From assembly GCA_951406725.2 (NCBI GenBank), contig OX597816.1:70804001-70868000 (forward strand): DNA of 64,000 nucleotides. Direction: 5' to 3'. This document shows positions 49,912 through 62,193 of the stretch, piece after piece. Within the stretch, counting starts at the first letter, position 1. Each line of letters opens with the position of its first letter. Below the pieces are notes generated by a model. It was not told where the DNA came from. It did not search any database and saw only the letters and a program-made list of their open reading frames with translations. The position numbers and the translations under genes are program-made. This DNA comes from Octopus vulgaris (lineage: Eukaryota).

Positions 49912-50129
49912 TAATTTATAGTGTATAGAGGGCATTATTACACATAAATGCCTCACACTAAGAGGAACATAAGTCATTACTACCAAAATTTCACTAATCG
50001 TACCTAATGCAGTTTTCGAAGCAAGACATTTAAAAATGTACGATTAGTGAAATTTTGGTAGTAATAACTTATGTCCCTCTTAGTGTGAGGCATTTATGTG
50101 TAATAATGCCCTCTATACAATATAAATTA
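49912..50129. repeat. Fold-back repeat, arms of about 92 bp, 34-bp spacer
   Basis: 49912-50003 is the reverse complement of 50038-50129; lies in a segment bounded by (TA)n runs. Confidence 0.85.
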
Positions 50130-50304
50130 TATATATATATATATATATAGGGCGTTATTGTCAAACGTCCCCTTTTCCGTCAAATAATTTGTGTGTGAAT
50201 CGAAGAAAATTTTGCTTTTATTATTTGTATTTCAAAGGTATATAAAGAGATTTCTCCGATAAATGTCACTTGACCGAAATATTGAGTAAAAATTAAAAGC
50301 AAGC

Positions 50305-50386
50305 CGACGAGGATGAGATTCGAACTCACGCGGGAACATCCCAATGGATTAGCAGTCCATCGCCTTAACCACTCGGCCACCTCGTC
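50305..50386 (-). tRNA. tRNA-Ser(GCU), copy 1
   Basis: GACGAGGTGGCCGAGTGGTTAAGGCGATGGACTGCTAATCCATTGGGATGTTCCCGCGTGAGTTCGAATCTCATCCTCGTCG; 82 nt, long variable arm, G73, downstream T-run. Confidence 0.96.
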
Positions 50387-51084
50387 ACTACGGGTGGTGA
50401 AGAATATTTTAATAATATACCGTTTCATTCGTGGCACGGAAGGCTCTCAGAAAATTCCTTATGATAAGCATCAGTAAGAAAGTAACTCACTTATGACAAA
50501 GAATTGCCAAGAGAAACCAGCTTCCTATTTCTTAATAGTTAATGGAATCGAGAATTATTTCAAGAAAAGACTGTATCTAATAGATTACGAGTTTTTATTA
50601 AAGATAGGTAAATAGGTGCAGGAATGGTTGTGTGGTAAGAAGCTTGCTTCCCAACCACACAGTTCCAAGTTCAGTGAGTGGACTTGGTAGACGAAAACTG
50701 AAAGAAGCCCGTCGTATATATATATATGTGTGTGTCTGTGTCCTTCCATCGCTTTGACAACCGATGTTGGTGTGCTTGCGTCCCCGTAACTTAGCGGCTC
50801 GGTAAAAGAGATCGACAGAATAAGTACTAGGCTAACAAAGAATAAGTCCTGGAGTCGATTTCTTCGACTAAAGGCAGTGCTCCAGCATGGCCGCAGTCAA
50901 ATGACTGAAACAAATAAAAGAATCCGAATACCAGCAAATGCACTCGTCCTTTGTACAGTGTGATTTATTGTAATGGTGCACTCCTGTGGACGGTTTAATT
51001 TGAATTAGCCTGCAGTTAAAAGTCGTTTCAAGTTGATAAGCGTAAAATGTATAATTACCATTTTCGTTAGTAGTTTATTTATTA

Positions 51085-51410
51085 TATGGTTTCGTTTTTG
51101 GATTTGGTTTGCAAGATTCTTTATATGAGTTCGTGTGTTGAAGCACATTCTATTGTGTCTGGGGAGAGTCATTTTCTTTTTGTGCCTTATAATGTAACAC
51201 ACTCACCGGTAAAATTTCCACTTTTTTCTTATTTTTATTGTCCTAAAATTTTCGTTGCATCTTGCAACCTTTTCAATAGCTTTTGAAAAGTTTGCAAGAC
51301 GCAACGAAAATTTTAGGACAATAAAAATAAAGATAAGTGGAAATTTTACCGGTGAGTGTGTTATATTATATGGCGCAAAAAGAAAATGACTCTCCCCAGA
51401 CACAATAGAA
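51085..51410. repeat. Fold-back repeat (arms about 51146-51276 and 51283-51410) with variant hammerhead-like motifs
   Basis: CUA-UUGAAAA-G-GUUGC-AAGAU-GCAAC-GAAA-AU-UU|UAG at 51243-51279 minus, mirror at 51280-51316 plus; same family at 10850-11110. Confidence 0.7.
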
Positions 51411-51865
51411 TTATTATATGGTATTAAGCAACTTGGGAAATGAATAACATTTTTTGAATACAAATTTGGCGGGTGGTAATAAATGAAAGTCCATGAAATG
51501 AGATCGTAATTGCAGTAGGCATTGGGGATCCTATATCTCTATCTCTTACTTGAAGCATCATGTAGTTATTTTTCTCGTAATGCCTCACACAACCGCATTG
51601 AAGCTTTTTTTTTTTTTTTTTCAATGAAAGTCATGTATGATAAAGAAAAACAAACGTTTATAGCAAACACGCAAATAGAATAATGCTATGTACAAAAATA
51701 AATGCCAGAGCATGCTTATGAGTGAACACCATGCGTGAAGTAAGAAGGGTCATTGAAGGTAATGTACCGTTAAATGAAGCAAAATATCAATGAAATGCTT
51801 GCAGGAAGTCTGATTGCTAACGGCTACAGTTTAGTGTAGATGTGAAGATTGCAGTAGAGGAGTAA

Positions 51866-52345
51866 CTACTCTAGGGCTGTTTTGTAGACGACGATTTTGG
51901 TTTTTCCTTCAGGAGTATAGATGAATAAGCTGTCCAGATAGACAACTCTGGAACAACTGACGTAGAACTGTCCATCTGAAAAGCACGACGTTCAAAAGTC
52001 CAATCCGACAACGTTCAACGACAGACCTTGTGCTTTGTTAATTGTCATGGCGAAGCTGAGTTTGAGAAGGAACTGATGTCTCTGCATAGGGTATGGACAT
52101 AGGGTGGGGTTAGCAGAATTTTTTCGGAATGAAAACGATATCGTTTTTTGCCTTGTCCCGTGATAATTTGAGATTCAATGACGTGGTCCATCATTTGTTT
52201 GGCCACAAGGCAATTCTATTGCCTAGTTTTGGTGCATTTAGATTGCGTAGGACGATGACAGGGCAACCGATTTTAAGTGAAGTTCATGGGGAGGGAGTCC
52301 TAGAGGATCTTGGGAGTTGAGAAATTCTGTTGGAAAATGTGTTGG
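51866..52345 (-). mobile_element. Helitron helicase C-terminal remnant
   Basis: FPTEFLNS..GLPPHELHLKIGCPVIVLRNLN and LSFAMTINKAQGLSLNVVGLD..GQFYVSCSRV..PEGKTKIVVYKTALE*, with stops and frameshifts. Confidence 0.85.
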
Positions 52346-53024
52346 AACAATGTTAAATAAAGATTCTGCTGACAGTAAACTGGCCATATTGTTTTAAACC
52401 AGATAATCTGTCACGGAAAGGTGATATAGAATCAGCTTTATGTTCTTGCGGAGAATATCCAGAAACAATGGTGGTATTTATTCCAATATAAGAACTATCA
52501 CTCTGAATGGGAGGGAAAGAGCGAGCGAACATTGGGCCAAGTTTTCATTCAACGATAGGTAAGTTTTATCTCGTAGTTTCAACCTATCAAATAAATTTCC
52601 CTCCCAAGGCTTTGGTAGACTTGAAATTACGGTAGATGTTTGACTAATGAATATGTCACGAAGTAGGAGTAATCCTGAAGCCGTTTACTTACAAAGTGCT
52701 CTTAGCCACTTAGCTTCTAGAGATGTTCAAGCTTAAACTAAACAACACTGACCACTAGTCTCATACCACCTGCAGAGATCGTGAGCGACGCGTCCGGCCA
52801 CACTAAATATAAAAAGCGTAGACTTCAACATCATTGTAGGAACATTTTCCCATATTTGTAAGAGTTGGAAATGTTTCACGGATTCTCGCCACCATTCAAG
52901 TACTTCGTTATTTGCCTCATGCACCAAGAGGGAACGCAATCGACTTTCGACAATGATTTTGCGATTGGATATCAAAAAGGATCGACCAAATCTAAATATT
53001 GGTTTAAAAATTTAATAAAAGAAC

Positions 53025-53106
53025 CGACGAGGATGAGATTCGAACTCACGCGGGAACATCCCAATGGATTAGCAGTCCATCGCCTTAACCACTCGGCCAC
53101 CTCGTC
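53025..53106 (-). tRNA. tRNA-Ser(GCU), copy 2
   Basis: Identical to copy 1. Confidence 0.96.
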
Positions 53107-53880
53107 GTTACAAGTACTGGCCAATATTTTAACAATTTACTGTTTCATTCGTGGTAAGCGAAATGAGGAGTTCCAAAATTAAAAATATGTAACAATTATC
53201 TGGTTTACGAAAAGAAACAAAAGACAAAGATAATATACCAAATTTATCACAAACTAAATTAATTAACAAAACTGAACGCCGTGAACAGTGACAGTATGAA
53301 GAAGCACCAACAAATGAGCTATCAAACTTTAATCCTCCATTGTCTCAACCAGATTTATCAACAAAAGAAATACATCGGTTCCTGAACAATGTTAAACAAA
53401 AATTATACTGGAAATAATCTACCCATAATGTCTTAAAGCTTATCATCTGTCACGAACGGGTCATATCGAATCAGGATTATTTTCATGTGGAGAGTATCCG
53501 AGAACACAATGACCCTTATTTATTCCAATGTTAAAAAACACTATCACTCTGAACGAGATATAGCGGGAGTGATATATATATATACATATATATACATACA
53601 TATTCAGAGAAAGTGGGCGAGAGAGGATATTGGGTAAAATCTTCATTCAAGGGTTTGGTTGACTTAAAATTATAGTAGAAAACGATTGGCCAATAAATAT
53701 GTCATGAGATAGGAGCCATGTAGTTACAAAGTGAACTTATCAACAAGAGATGTTCAAGATTAAGTTAAACGGTTCTAAATGACCAGCAGTATCGGACAGC
53801 CTGCAGAAATCATGGCTGACGCAATGAATCAATCAAGACAGATCAGACCTAAACATTGATTTATAAATTAAAAAGCAGAC

Positions 53881-53962
53881 CGACGAGGATGAGATTCGAA
53901 CTCACGCGGGAATATCCCAATGGATTAGCAGTCCATCGCCTTAACCACTCGGCCACCTCGTC
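53881..53962 (-). tRNA. tRNA-Ser(GCU), copy 3
   Basis: Intact; variable-arm loop UAU instead of UGU. Confidence 0.96.
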
Positions 53963-54647
53963 ATGACATTGGTCGAGCAAAATTTAAACAACTTACTGTT
54001 TCATGCGTGGAACAGAAGCCTCAAAACGTTCGTTATGGTAAGCGTCGGCAAAAAGAGCAATACACTAATAATAAACGAAGAGTTGCCATGAGAAACTAGC
54101 TTCTTATTGATCGACCGAGGGAGGGAGAGACAGAGAAGGAGAGAGAGGTGATTGGGTAAAGACTCCATTCCAGAACAGGTAGTCTTCATCTCACGAGTAT
54201 GGCCGTAGTTTCAACTTATCAGATAACCTATCACAACGTGTTAATCGATTTGAAATTAAGGAAACAACCGTTTAGGAAATCAATATATCATAAGTATCAT
54301 GAAGTAAGTATGAACCAAAAGCCATTTAGTTACAAAGAGAACTACACAAGATGTTCATGCTGAAGCTAGACACATGACCACCACTATGAGACAGCCTGCA
54401 GGGATCACCTGTGGCGCGTCCCGTCATACTAAGAATAATATAGAAGTATTCATCATCGCTAAAAATGTAGGAACATTTTTATTTATATGCAAGAATTGGA
54501 AATGTTTCACGGTTTCTTGCCACCATTCAAGTACTTCGTTATTTGCCTCATGCACCAAGAGGGAACGCAATCGACTTTCGACAATGATTTTGCGGTTGGA
54601 TATCAAAAAGGATCGACCAAATCTAAATATTGGTTTAAAAAAAGAAC

Positions 54648-54729
54648 CGACAAGGATGAGATTCGAACTCACGCGGGAACATTCCAATGGATTAGCAGTC
54701 CATCGCCTTAACCACTCGGCCACCTCGTC
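54648..54729 (-). tRNA. tRNA-Ser(GCU), copy 4, variant (G4:U69 and a variable-arm mismatch)
   Basis: A and B boxes intact; two substitutions versus copy 2 (3' strand CCTTGTCG; variable arm GGAATGTTCCC). Confidence 0.85.
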
Positions 54730-55501
54730 GTTACAAGTACTGGCCAATATTTTAACAATTTACTGTTTCATTCGTGGTAAGCGAAATGAGGAGTTCCAAA
54801 ATTAAAAATATGTAACAATTATCTGGTTTACGAAAAGAAACAAAAGACAAAGATAATTTACCAAATTTATCACAAACTAAATTAATTAACAAAACTGAAC
54901 GCCATGAACAGTGACAGTATGAAGAAGCACCAACAAATGAGCTATCAAACTTTAATCTTCCATTGTCTCAACCAGATTTATCAACATAAGAAATACATCG
55001 GTTCCTGAACAATGTTAAACAAAAATTATACTGGAAATAATCTACCCATAATGTCTTAAAGCTTATCATCTGTCACGAACGGGTCATATAGAATCAGTGT
55101 TATTTTCATGTGGAGAGTATCCGAGAACACAATGACCCTTATTTATTCCAATGTAAAAAAACACTATCACTCTGAACGAGATATAGCGGGAGTGATATAT
55201 ATATATACATATATATACATATATTCAGAGAAAGTGGGCGAGAGAGGATATTGGGTAAAATCTTCATTCAAGGGTTTGGTTGACTTAAAATTATAGTAGA
55301 AAATGATTGGCCAATAAATATGTCATGAGATAGGAGCCATGTAGTTACAAAGTGAACTTATCAACAAGAGATGTCCAAGATTAAGTTAAACGGTACTAAA
55401 TGACCAGCAGTATCGGACAGCCTGCAGAAATCATGGCTGACGCAATGAATCAATCAAGACAGATCAGACCTAAACATTGATTTATAAATTAAAAAGCAGA
55501 C

Positions 55502-55583
55502 CGACGAGGATGAGATTCGAACTCACGCGGGAATATCCCAATGGATTAGCAGTCCATCGCCTTAACCACTCGGCCACCTCGTC
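55502..55583 (-). tRNA. tRNA-Ser(GCU), copy 5
   Basis: Identical to copy 3. Confidence 0.96.
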
Positions 55584-56285
55584 ATGACATTGGTCGAGCA
55601 AAATTTAAACAACTTACTGTTTCATGCGTGGAACAGAAGCCTCAAAACGTTCGTTATGGTAAGCGTCGGCAAAAAGAGCAATACACTAATAATAAACGAA
55701 GAGTTGCCATGAGAAACTAGCTTCTTATTGATCGACCGAGGGAGGGAGAGACAGAGAAGGAGAGAGAGGTGATTGGGTAAAGACTCCATTCCAGAACAGG
55801 TAGTCTTCATCTCACGAGTATGGCCGTAGTTTCAACTTATCAGATAACCTATCACAACGTGTTAATCGATTTGAAATTGAGGAAACAACCGTTTAGGAAA
55901 TCAATATATCATAAGTAAGTATCATGAAGTAAGCATGAACCAAAAGCCATTTAGTAACAAAGAGAACTTAACCTTTAACTACACAAGATGTTCATGCTGA
56001 AGCTAGACACATGACCACCACTATGAGACAGCCTGCAGGGATCACCTGTGGTGCGTCCCGTCATACTAAGAATAATATAGAAGTATTCATCATCGCTAAA
56101 AATGTAGGAACATTTTTATTTATTTGCAAGAATTGGAAATGTTTCACAGTTTCTCACCACCATTCAAGCACTTCGCTATTTGCCACAAGGAATGCAATCA
56201 ATTTTTTGAGAACGATTTTACAGCTGAGTATCAATAACGACAGAACGAACCTAAATATTGATTTTAAAAAAATTTTAAAGCAGCA

Positions 56286-56367
56286 TTCCGAAGGTGAGAT
56301 TCGAACTCACGTTGGGATATCACAATGGATTAGCAGTCTATCGTCTTAACTACCCGGCCACCTCATC
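56286..56367 (-). pseudogene. tRNA-Ser(GCU) pseudogene
   Basis: Colinear with the intact copies, but acceptor stem, D arm and variable arm are disrupted. Confidence 0.85.
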
Positions 56368-56377
56368 TCTACAATTA

Positions 56378-56747
56378 TCTCTCTCTCTATATATAAACGG
56401 CAAAATGTCTGCTGTGCATGTCCTTTGTACAAACCCACAATTTTTCAGTTGGAGGGCTCGCACTTTCTATGGTCATTCAAAACCGTCCAAAGGTGATCGT
56501 GCACATCTTTACATTTCCCCAGTCACCCCGCAAAGCCATTTAAAAAATCAACAGAAGTGACTTTTTTGTGAATTTTCTATCCAAAACCCAATCAAAATGC
56601 CCGAAACTTGATACGCCAATTGAATGCCAGCTAGCTGTATGTGATTGGTCGGGGATTTGGACAGTACTCGCGTGCATGTGCGCACTCACGCAGCTGTATA
56701 TGCGTGCACTAGCACTATGGCCCGACGTTGCCGGGTTATAGTGCTAG
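56378..56747 (+). mobile_element. Non-autonomous Helitron-like element
   Basis: A|TC 5' end, terminal palindrome ending CTAG|T, no TSD; second copy at 57696-58067. Confidence 0.8.
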
Positions 56748-57378
56748 TCAATTAATATTTTGGCAATTTTGTACCTAATTGCTGCAAGAGAAGAACGCCA
56801 AGGATTTACTGTAAGAGATAGTAAATAAAGTACGTAATAATAAAGAATTGCCTTGAGAAACTTACTTTCTATTTATTGATAGTTCATGGAATTAAGAATT
56901 GTTTTAAAAAAGAAAAGATTGTATGTAAAAGATTAAGAGTTTTCGCTTTAAATTGGTAAATTATTCATCAGAATACTTAAGTAGCAATGATGTGGATACC
57001 TCATCATACACAGCTTCATGGAAATGAGAGGTACGGCGTGGTGGGGGGAGGTCATTAAAGATTTCCCCTGACCCACTTCCGGTTATCGCTGAAAAACGGA
57101 TCGGGTACAGGTATAATCATACATCACACTGTAAATTGCAGCCTTCCACTAGAGTTCGTTTGTCTTTTACGGCTGCTGAAACGTTATCGCAGTTGAAATA
57201 TTTCTCCATACCAGCAAGGGTTGGAAATGTTTTCTAGTTTCTCGCCGCTATTCCTGGTCTTCGTCATTTGCCAAATACGCTAACAGGAATGCAATCAATT
57301 TTCGCCAACGATCTTACAGCTATGTGTCACACGTGAGAGAACAAGGCCAAAATATTGATTTAAAAATTTAAAACAAAC

Positions 57379-57460
57379 CGACGAGGATGAGATTCGAACT
57401 CACGCGGGAATATCCCAATGGATTAGCAGTCCATCGCCTTAACCACTCGGCCACCTCGTC
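57379..57460 (-). tRNA. tRNA-Ser(GCU), copy 7
   Basis: Intact, UAU variable loop. Confidence 0.96.
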
Positions 57461-57695
57461 GACACAAACACCAAGGAATTTTTTAACACTTTACTGTTTC
57501 ATTCGTGGAACAGACAACTCAAAAACCTCGTTACGGTAAGCGTCAGTAAAAAGAGTAATACACTAATAACAAGCAAAGAATTGCTTTGAGAAAGCAACTT
57601 CATATTTATTGATATTTTATCGAACCTAAAAATAAATGTTTGTAACGACCTGATTGAGAGTATTCGTTTAAAATAGGTAAATATTTATTAATATA

Positions 57696-58067
57696 CTAGC
57701 ACTATGACCCGGCACGCTGGGTTATAGTGCTAGTGCAAGCATATACAGCTGCGTGCGTGCGTGCGCACATACACGCGAGTACTGTCCAAATCTCCGACCA
57801 GTCACATACAGCTAGTTGGCATTCAATTGGCGTATCAAGTTTCAGGCATTTTGATCGGGTTTTGGATAGAAAATTCACAAAAATGTCACTTCTATTGATT
57901 TTTTAAATGGCCTTGCGGGGTGACTGGGTAAATGTAAAGACGTGTACGACCACCCTTGCACGGTTTTCGATGACCATAGAAAGTGCGAGCCCTCTAACTG
58001 AAATATTGTGAATTTGTATAAAGGACACGCACACACACACACATTTTGCCGTTTATATATATAGAGA
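57696..58067 (-). mobile_element. Non-autonomous Helitron-like element, inverted second copy
   Basis: Same termini; the empty site is visible in the paralogous array unit near 59610-59665. Confidence 0.8.
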
Positions 58068-58455
58068 TATATAAGTATTAATGATTTGGATACTTGATCG
58101 TACATATATTAATAGAAATACGAAGTAATTGTATAAGATGGATTAGGAAAAGAAATGATAGATAAAGATTAAACTAAATTAATTGATAAAACACTGTGAA
58201 CACCGGAGAGAATATAAGGAAGCCTCAATAGATAAGTTATCAAACTTTAATCCTCCTTTATCTCAACTAAATTTAACAACGTATGAAACAAGCCAGATAC
58301 TGAACAATGGTAAACAAAGATTCTGTGGGCAATAAACGGACCATGTTGTTTTAAAACTGTCACGAACAGGTCAGATAGAACCAGATTTATGTTCTTGTGG
58401 AAAATATCCGGAAACAATGGTATTATTTATTTGAATGTAAAACGAACTATCACTC

Positions 58456-58535
<80 letters not shown>

Positions 58536-59297
58536 TAGGCTTTGGGTCTTCATTGAAAAATAGATAGTCTTCATCGAACGAGACTGCTCGTGGTTTCAAG
58601 TAATGAAATTGTGGTGTTAGTAGTGTTATGGGCTATGATGGAGCTATGTGGTGTTGGTGGAGGGGATTGCAGATGAGGTGGACGGAAGTAAGGCTTGCAG
58701 GGGCCAGCGGAAGAATCACAGGGGCATGCGTGGGCAGGAAGCACGTGTGGTCAGTTCGAGCACAGGCGGCAGAGAGCCTAGACGTGTTTAATTCGTGAGA
58801 GTGACCGCTCATTCTGCCGAGGTCAACAGGTAAGGCCTTTTGTATTTCTTTCTCCCGTTTGCTTCTTTTTCTGTTGTCCTTTTCCTCCATCACACTACAG
58901 AAATGAATTTCCCTCACAAGAAATTGGTCGACTTGAAGTAAGTTTGAGCCTGAAGCCATTAGTTACACAGTGAACTTTACCACTCAGCTACAAGAGATGT
59001 TGAAGCTCAAGCTAAACAGCACTGACCATTACTACTAGACAGCCTGCAGAGATCAAGGGTGATGCGTGCCGCCATATTAGATACAAAAAGAGGAGAATTC
59101 ATCATCATTAGCAAAGTAGGGACATTTTTTTTCCATATTTGAAATGTTTCACGGTTTCTCGACACCATTCATGGTCTTCGACATTTGCGACATGCACCAA
59201 CAGGGAATGCAATTAATTTTCAGCAACGATTCTACAGCTAGGCGTCTTATCATGACAGAACAAACCCTAGATGTTGATTTAAAAATAAAAACAAGAA

Positions 59298-59379
59298 CAA
59301 CGAGGATGGGATTCAGACTCACGCGGGAATATCCCAATGGATTAGCAGTCCATCACCTTAAACACTCAGCCACCTCGTC
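59298..59379 (-). pseudogene. Probable tRNA-Ser(GCU) pseudogene
   Basis: B box/T loop altered (GTCTGAATC for GTTCGAATC), D-loop GG changed to GT, several CpG-type transitions. Confidence 0.8.
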
Positions 59380-59880
59380 ACTACGTCCGCCGGCCAAATA
59401 TCTTAAGAATTCACTGTTTCGGTCGTGGAACGGAAGACTGTCAAAAACTTCGTTGTAGTAAGCGTCAGTAAAAATGGAAATACAATAATAACAATGAATT
59501 GCCTGGAGAAACTAAATTTCTAACTTTCTATTGACTGGAATTTTATGGAACAGAGAATTATTTTAAACAAGAAAAGACTGTATGGAATAGAATTAGAGCA
59601 TTCAGGTAAAATAGGTAATTGTTTATTAAAATATATGTAAGTGTCAATGATTTGGTTACTTGATCATACACGTATATTAATGGAAATGAGATGTACTTGC
59701 ATCAAATGGATTACAAAAAAAAAAAAAATATTGATAAACACTATATTGCAAATCTACTACAAGATAATTAATTTGTTAAATTATTGTCAAGGGTGGGAAA
59801 TATATAGGTTTCTGATTTTGGTTCAAGGGTAGCAGTTTAGGTGGACTCTAATATTCAACAGGTATTTTTTTCAGTTCAAG

Positions 59881-59924
59881 ACACCTGATGAAGGCCGGAG
59901 GGTATATCAGCCGAAACGTTGTGT
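59881..59924 (+). ncRNA. Minimal Penelope-type hammerhead motif
   Basis: ACAC-CUGAUGA-A-GGCCGG-agggUAUA-UCAGCC-GAAA-CG-UU|GUGU; 4-bp stem I, 6-bp stem II with one mismatch. Confidence 0.68.
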
Positions 59925-60095
59925 TAACAACAAACAAGATGAGGGCAAATATCCGTCAATTGTAAATAATGTAAAAAATGAGGCATTTAATATGTCGTGA
60001 AAAAGTAATTTGGAATCGGTTTTATGTTCTTGTGGAAAATATCTGGAAATATAACGCTATCATTTATTTCAATACATAAACTACCACACTGAACG

Positions 60096-60096
<1 letters not shown>

Positions 60097-60144
<48 letters not shown>

Positions 60145-60168
60145 CATACACATACACATACACACACA

Positions 60169-60233
<65 letters not shown>

Positions 60234-60414
60234 ATACATACATACATATATATATGTCTCCCCCTCTCTCTCTATATATATATAAATATGTATATATTAT
60301 ATGTAGAAAAATACAAACTGGTACAAGAACGTAAAACATTTAGAAGACGATACAAAAAACACGGACGGGACATTCGAAGCCTTCAATCTTCAGTCAAGAA
60401 CCGGATCATCCTCG

Positions 60415-60459
<45 letters not shown>

Positions 60460-60556
60460 TATATATGTATGTATACATATATATATATGTATATGTATAC
60501 ATATATATATATATATATATATATGTCTCTCTCTCTATATATATATGTATGTATAC

Positions 60557-60629
<73 letters not shown>

Positions 60630-60715
60630 TATATAGAGAGAGATACATACATACATACATAGTGAGGGAGAAAAGGAAGAAAGGGGAGGAGAGACGGAAG
60701 AGGGAGGGAGAGTGA
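60097..60715. repeat. Compound microsatellite block: (CA)n, (TA)n, (GA)n, (GATA)n
   Basis: Directly visible; encloses a roughly 105-bp insert (60311-60416) also seen near 63350-63460. Confidence 0.9.
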
Positions 60716-61262
60716 GTGGACGTTCTGCCAAGTCTTCATTCAAGAATAAGTAGTGTTCATCCAACGAGAAAGCTCGTAGTTGCAATTTTTCAAATGAATT
60801 TCCTTCATAAGGATTTGGTTGACTTGAAATTAAAGCAGAAAGCACTTGACCAATCAATATACCATGAAGTAGGAGTGAACCTGAAACCTTGTGGTTACAA
60901 ATTAAACTTTGCCACTTTGCTACTAGAAGTGTCCAAACACAAGTTAAACAGCACTGACCTCCAGTATGAGACATCCTGCACAGGTCGTGGGTTACGCGTC
61001 CCACCACTCTAGATATTTAAAAAAAAAAAAAGCAACTTCACCCTCGTTAACAGAGTTGGAACATTTTCTCCATATCGGCAATGTTTGGAAATGTTTCACA
61101 GTACCTCGCCACCATTCATGATCTTCGTTATTTGCCACATACGCCAACATGGAATGCAATTAATTTTCGGATATGATTTTACAGCCAGTTCTCACTCATA
61201 ACAAAATAAATCCAAAATATTGATTTATAAATTTTTTTAAAAATCCCCAAAAATACACAGGT

Positions 61263-61344
61263 CGACGAGGATGAGATTCGAACTCACGCGGGAATATCCC
61301 AATGGATTAGCAGTCCATCGCCTTAACCACTCGGCCACCTCGTC
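61263..61344 (-). tRNA. tRNA-Ser(GCU), copy 9
   Basis: Intact, UAU variable loop. Confidence 0.96.
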
Positions 61345-62135
61345 GCTGTAAGCCTGAAGTAATATCTTAATTTAATATTTCATTCATTCGCCTAAAAAAT
61401 TCGTTATGCTTAACTGTAAGTAAAAAAAAGTAATACACTGATAAAGAATTACCATGAGAAACTAACTTTTTATTTGTCGATAGTTTATCGATCCTAAAAC
61501 TATTTTAATCAAGAAAAGTTTGTAACGAACAGATTGAGAGTATTTGTTTAAAATAGGTAAATGTTACTAAAAAATATATTTATCAACGATCGTTCATATA
61601 TTAATAAAAACGAGAAAAGCTTGCTTAAAATGGATTACGAAAAGAATTAATAGATAAATATATGAACAAAATCTACATTAATTAGTAAAACCATTGTCAA
61701 CAGTGGAGAATATATAGGTTTCCGATTTTGGTGTATGGTCAACAATTTCGGTGGCGGGGCTAAGTCGATTACAGAAAGGGAATGTCAACACCCAGAACGT
61801 AAGGACGGACGAAATACCGCCTGACATTGTGCCCGAAGTGTTAACGATTCTGCCAGCATGTCGCCTATTTGTGGATAATATATTGGAAAGAATCGAGAGG
61901 TCAGCAATGAAATTTCAATCCTCCGTTATTTCAACCAGATTTAGTAACGTATGAGACACATAAGTGCCTGAATATTGTTAAACAAAGATTCTCCGAGCAA
62001 TAAACTGGAGATACTGTTTTTTAAAGTATATAATCTGTCACGAAAAGGTCATGTAGAATCAGCTTTATGTTCTTGTGGAGAATATCTGGAAACAACCTCT
62101 TTATTTATTCCAGTGTACAAACTACCACTCTGAAC

Positions 62136-62193
<58 letters not shown>

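Larger units (their letters stand above)
52860..56190. repeat. Recent tandem duplication, period about 1.62 kb, two tRNA-Ser genes per unit
   Basis: Offsets 53025 to 54648 (1623) and 53881 to 55502 (1621), with near-identical spacers. Confidence 0.9.

Noticed and set aside
50180-59458. ORFs overlapping the tRNA genes (DEVAEWLRRWTANPL and antisense frames)
   Set aside because: Translations of tRNA sequence and array spacers, not proteins.
59987-61007. Several ORFs of 86-205 aa rich in Y/I/C/V
   Set aside because: Dinucleotide microsatellite translations.
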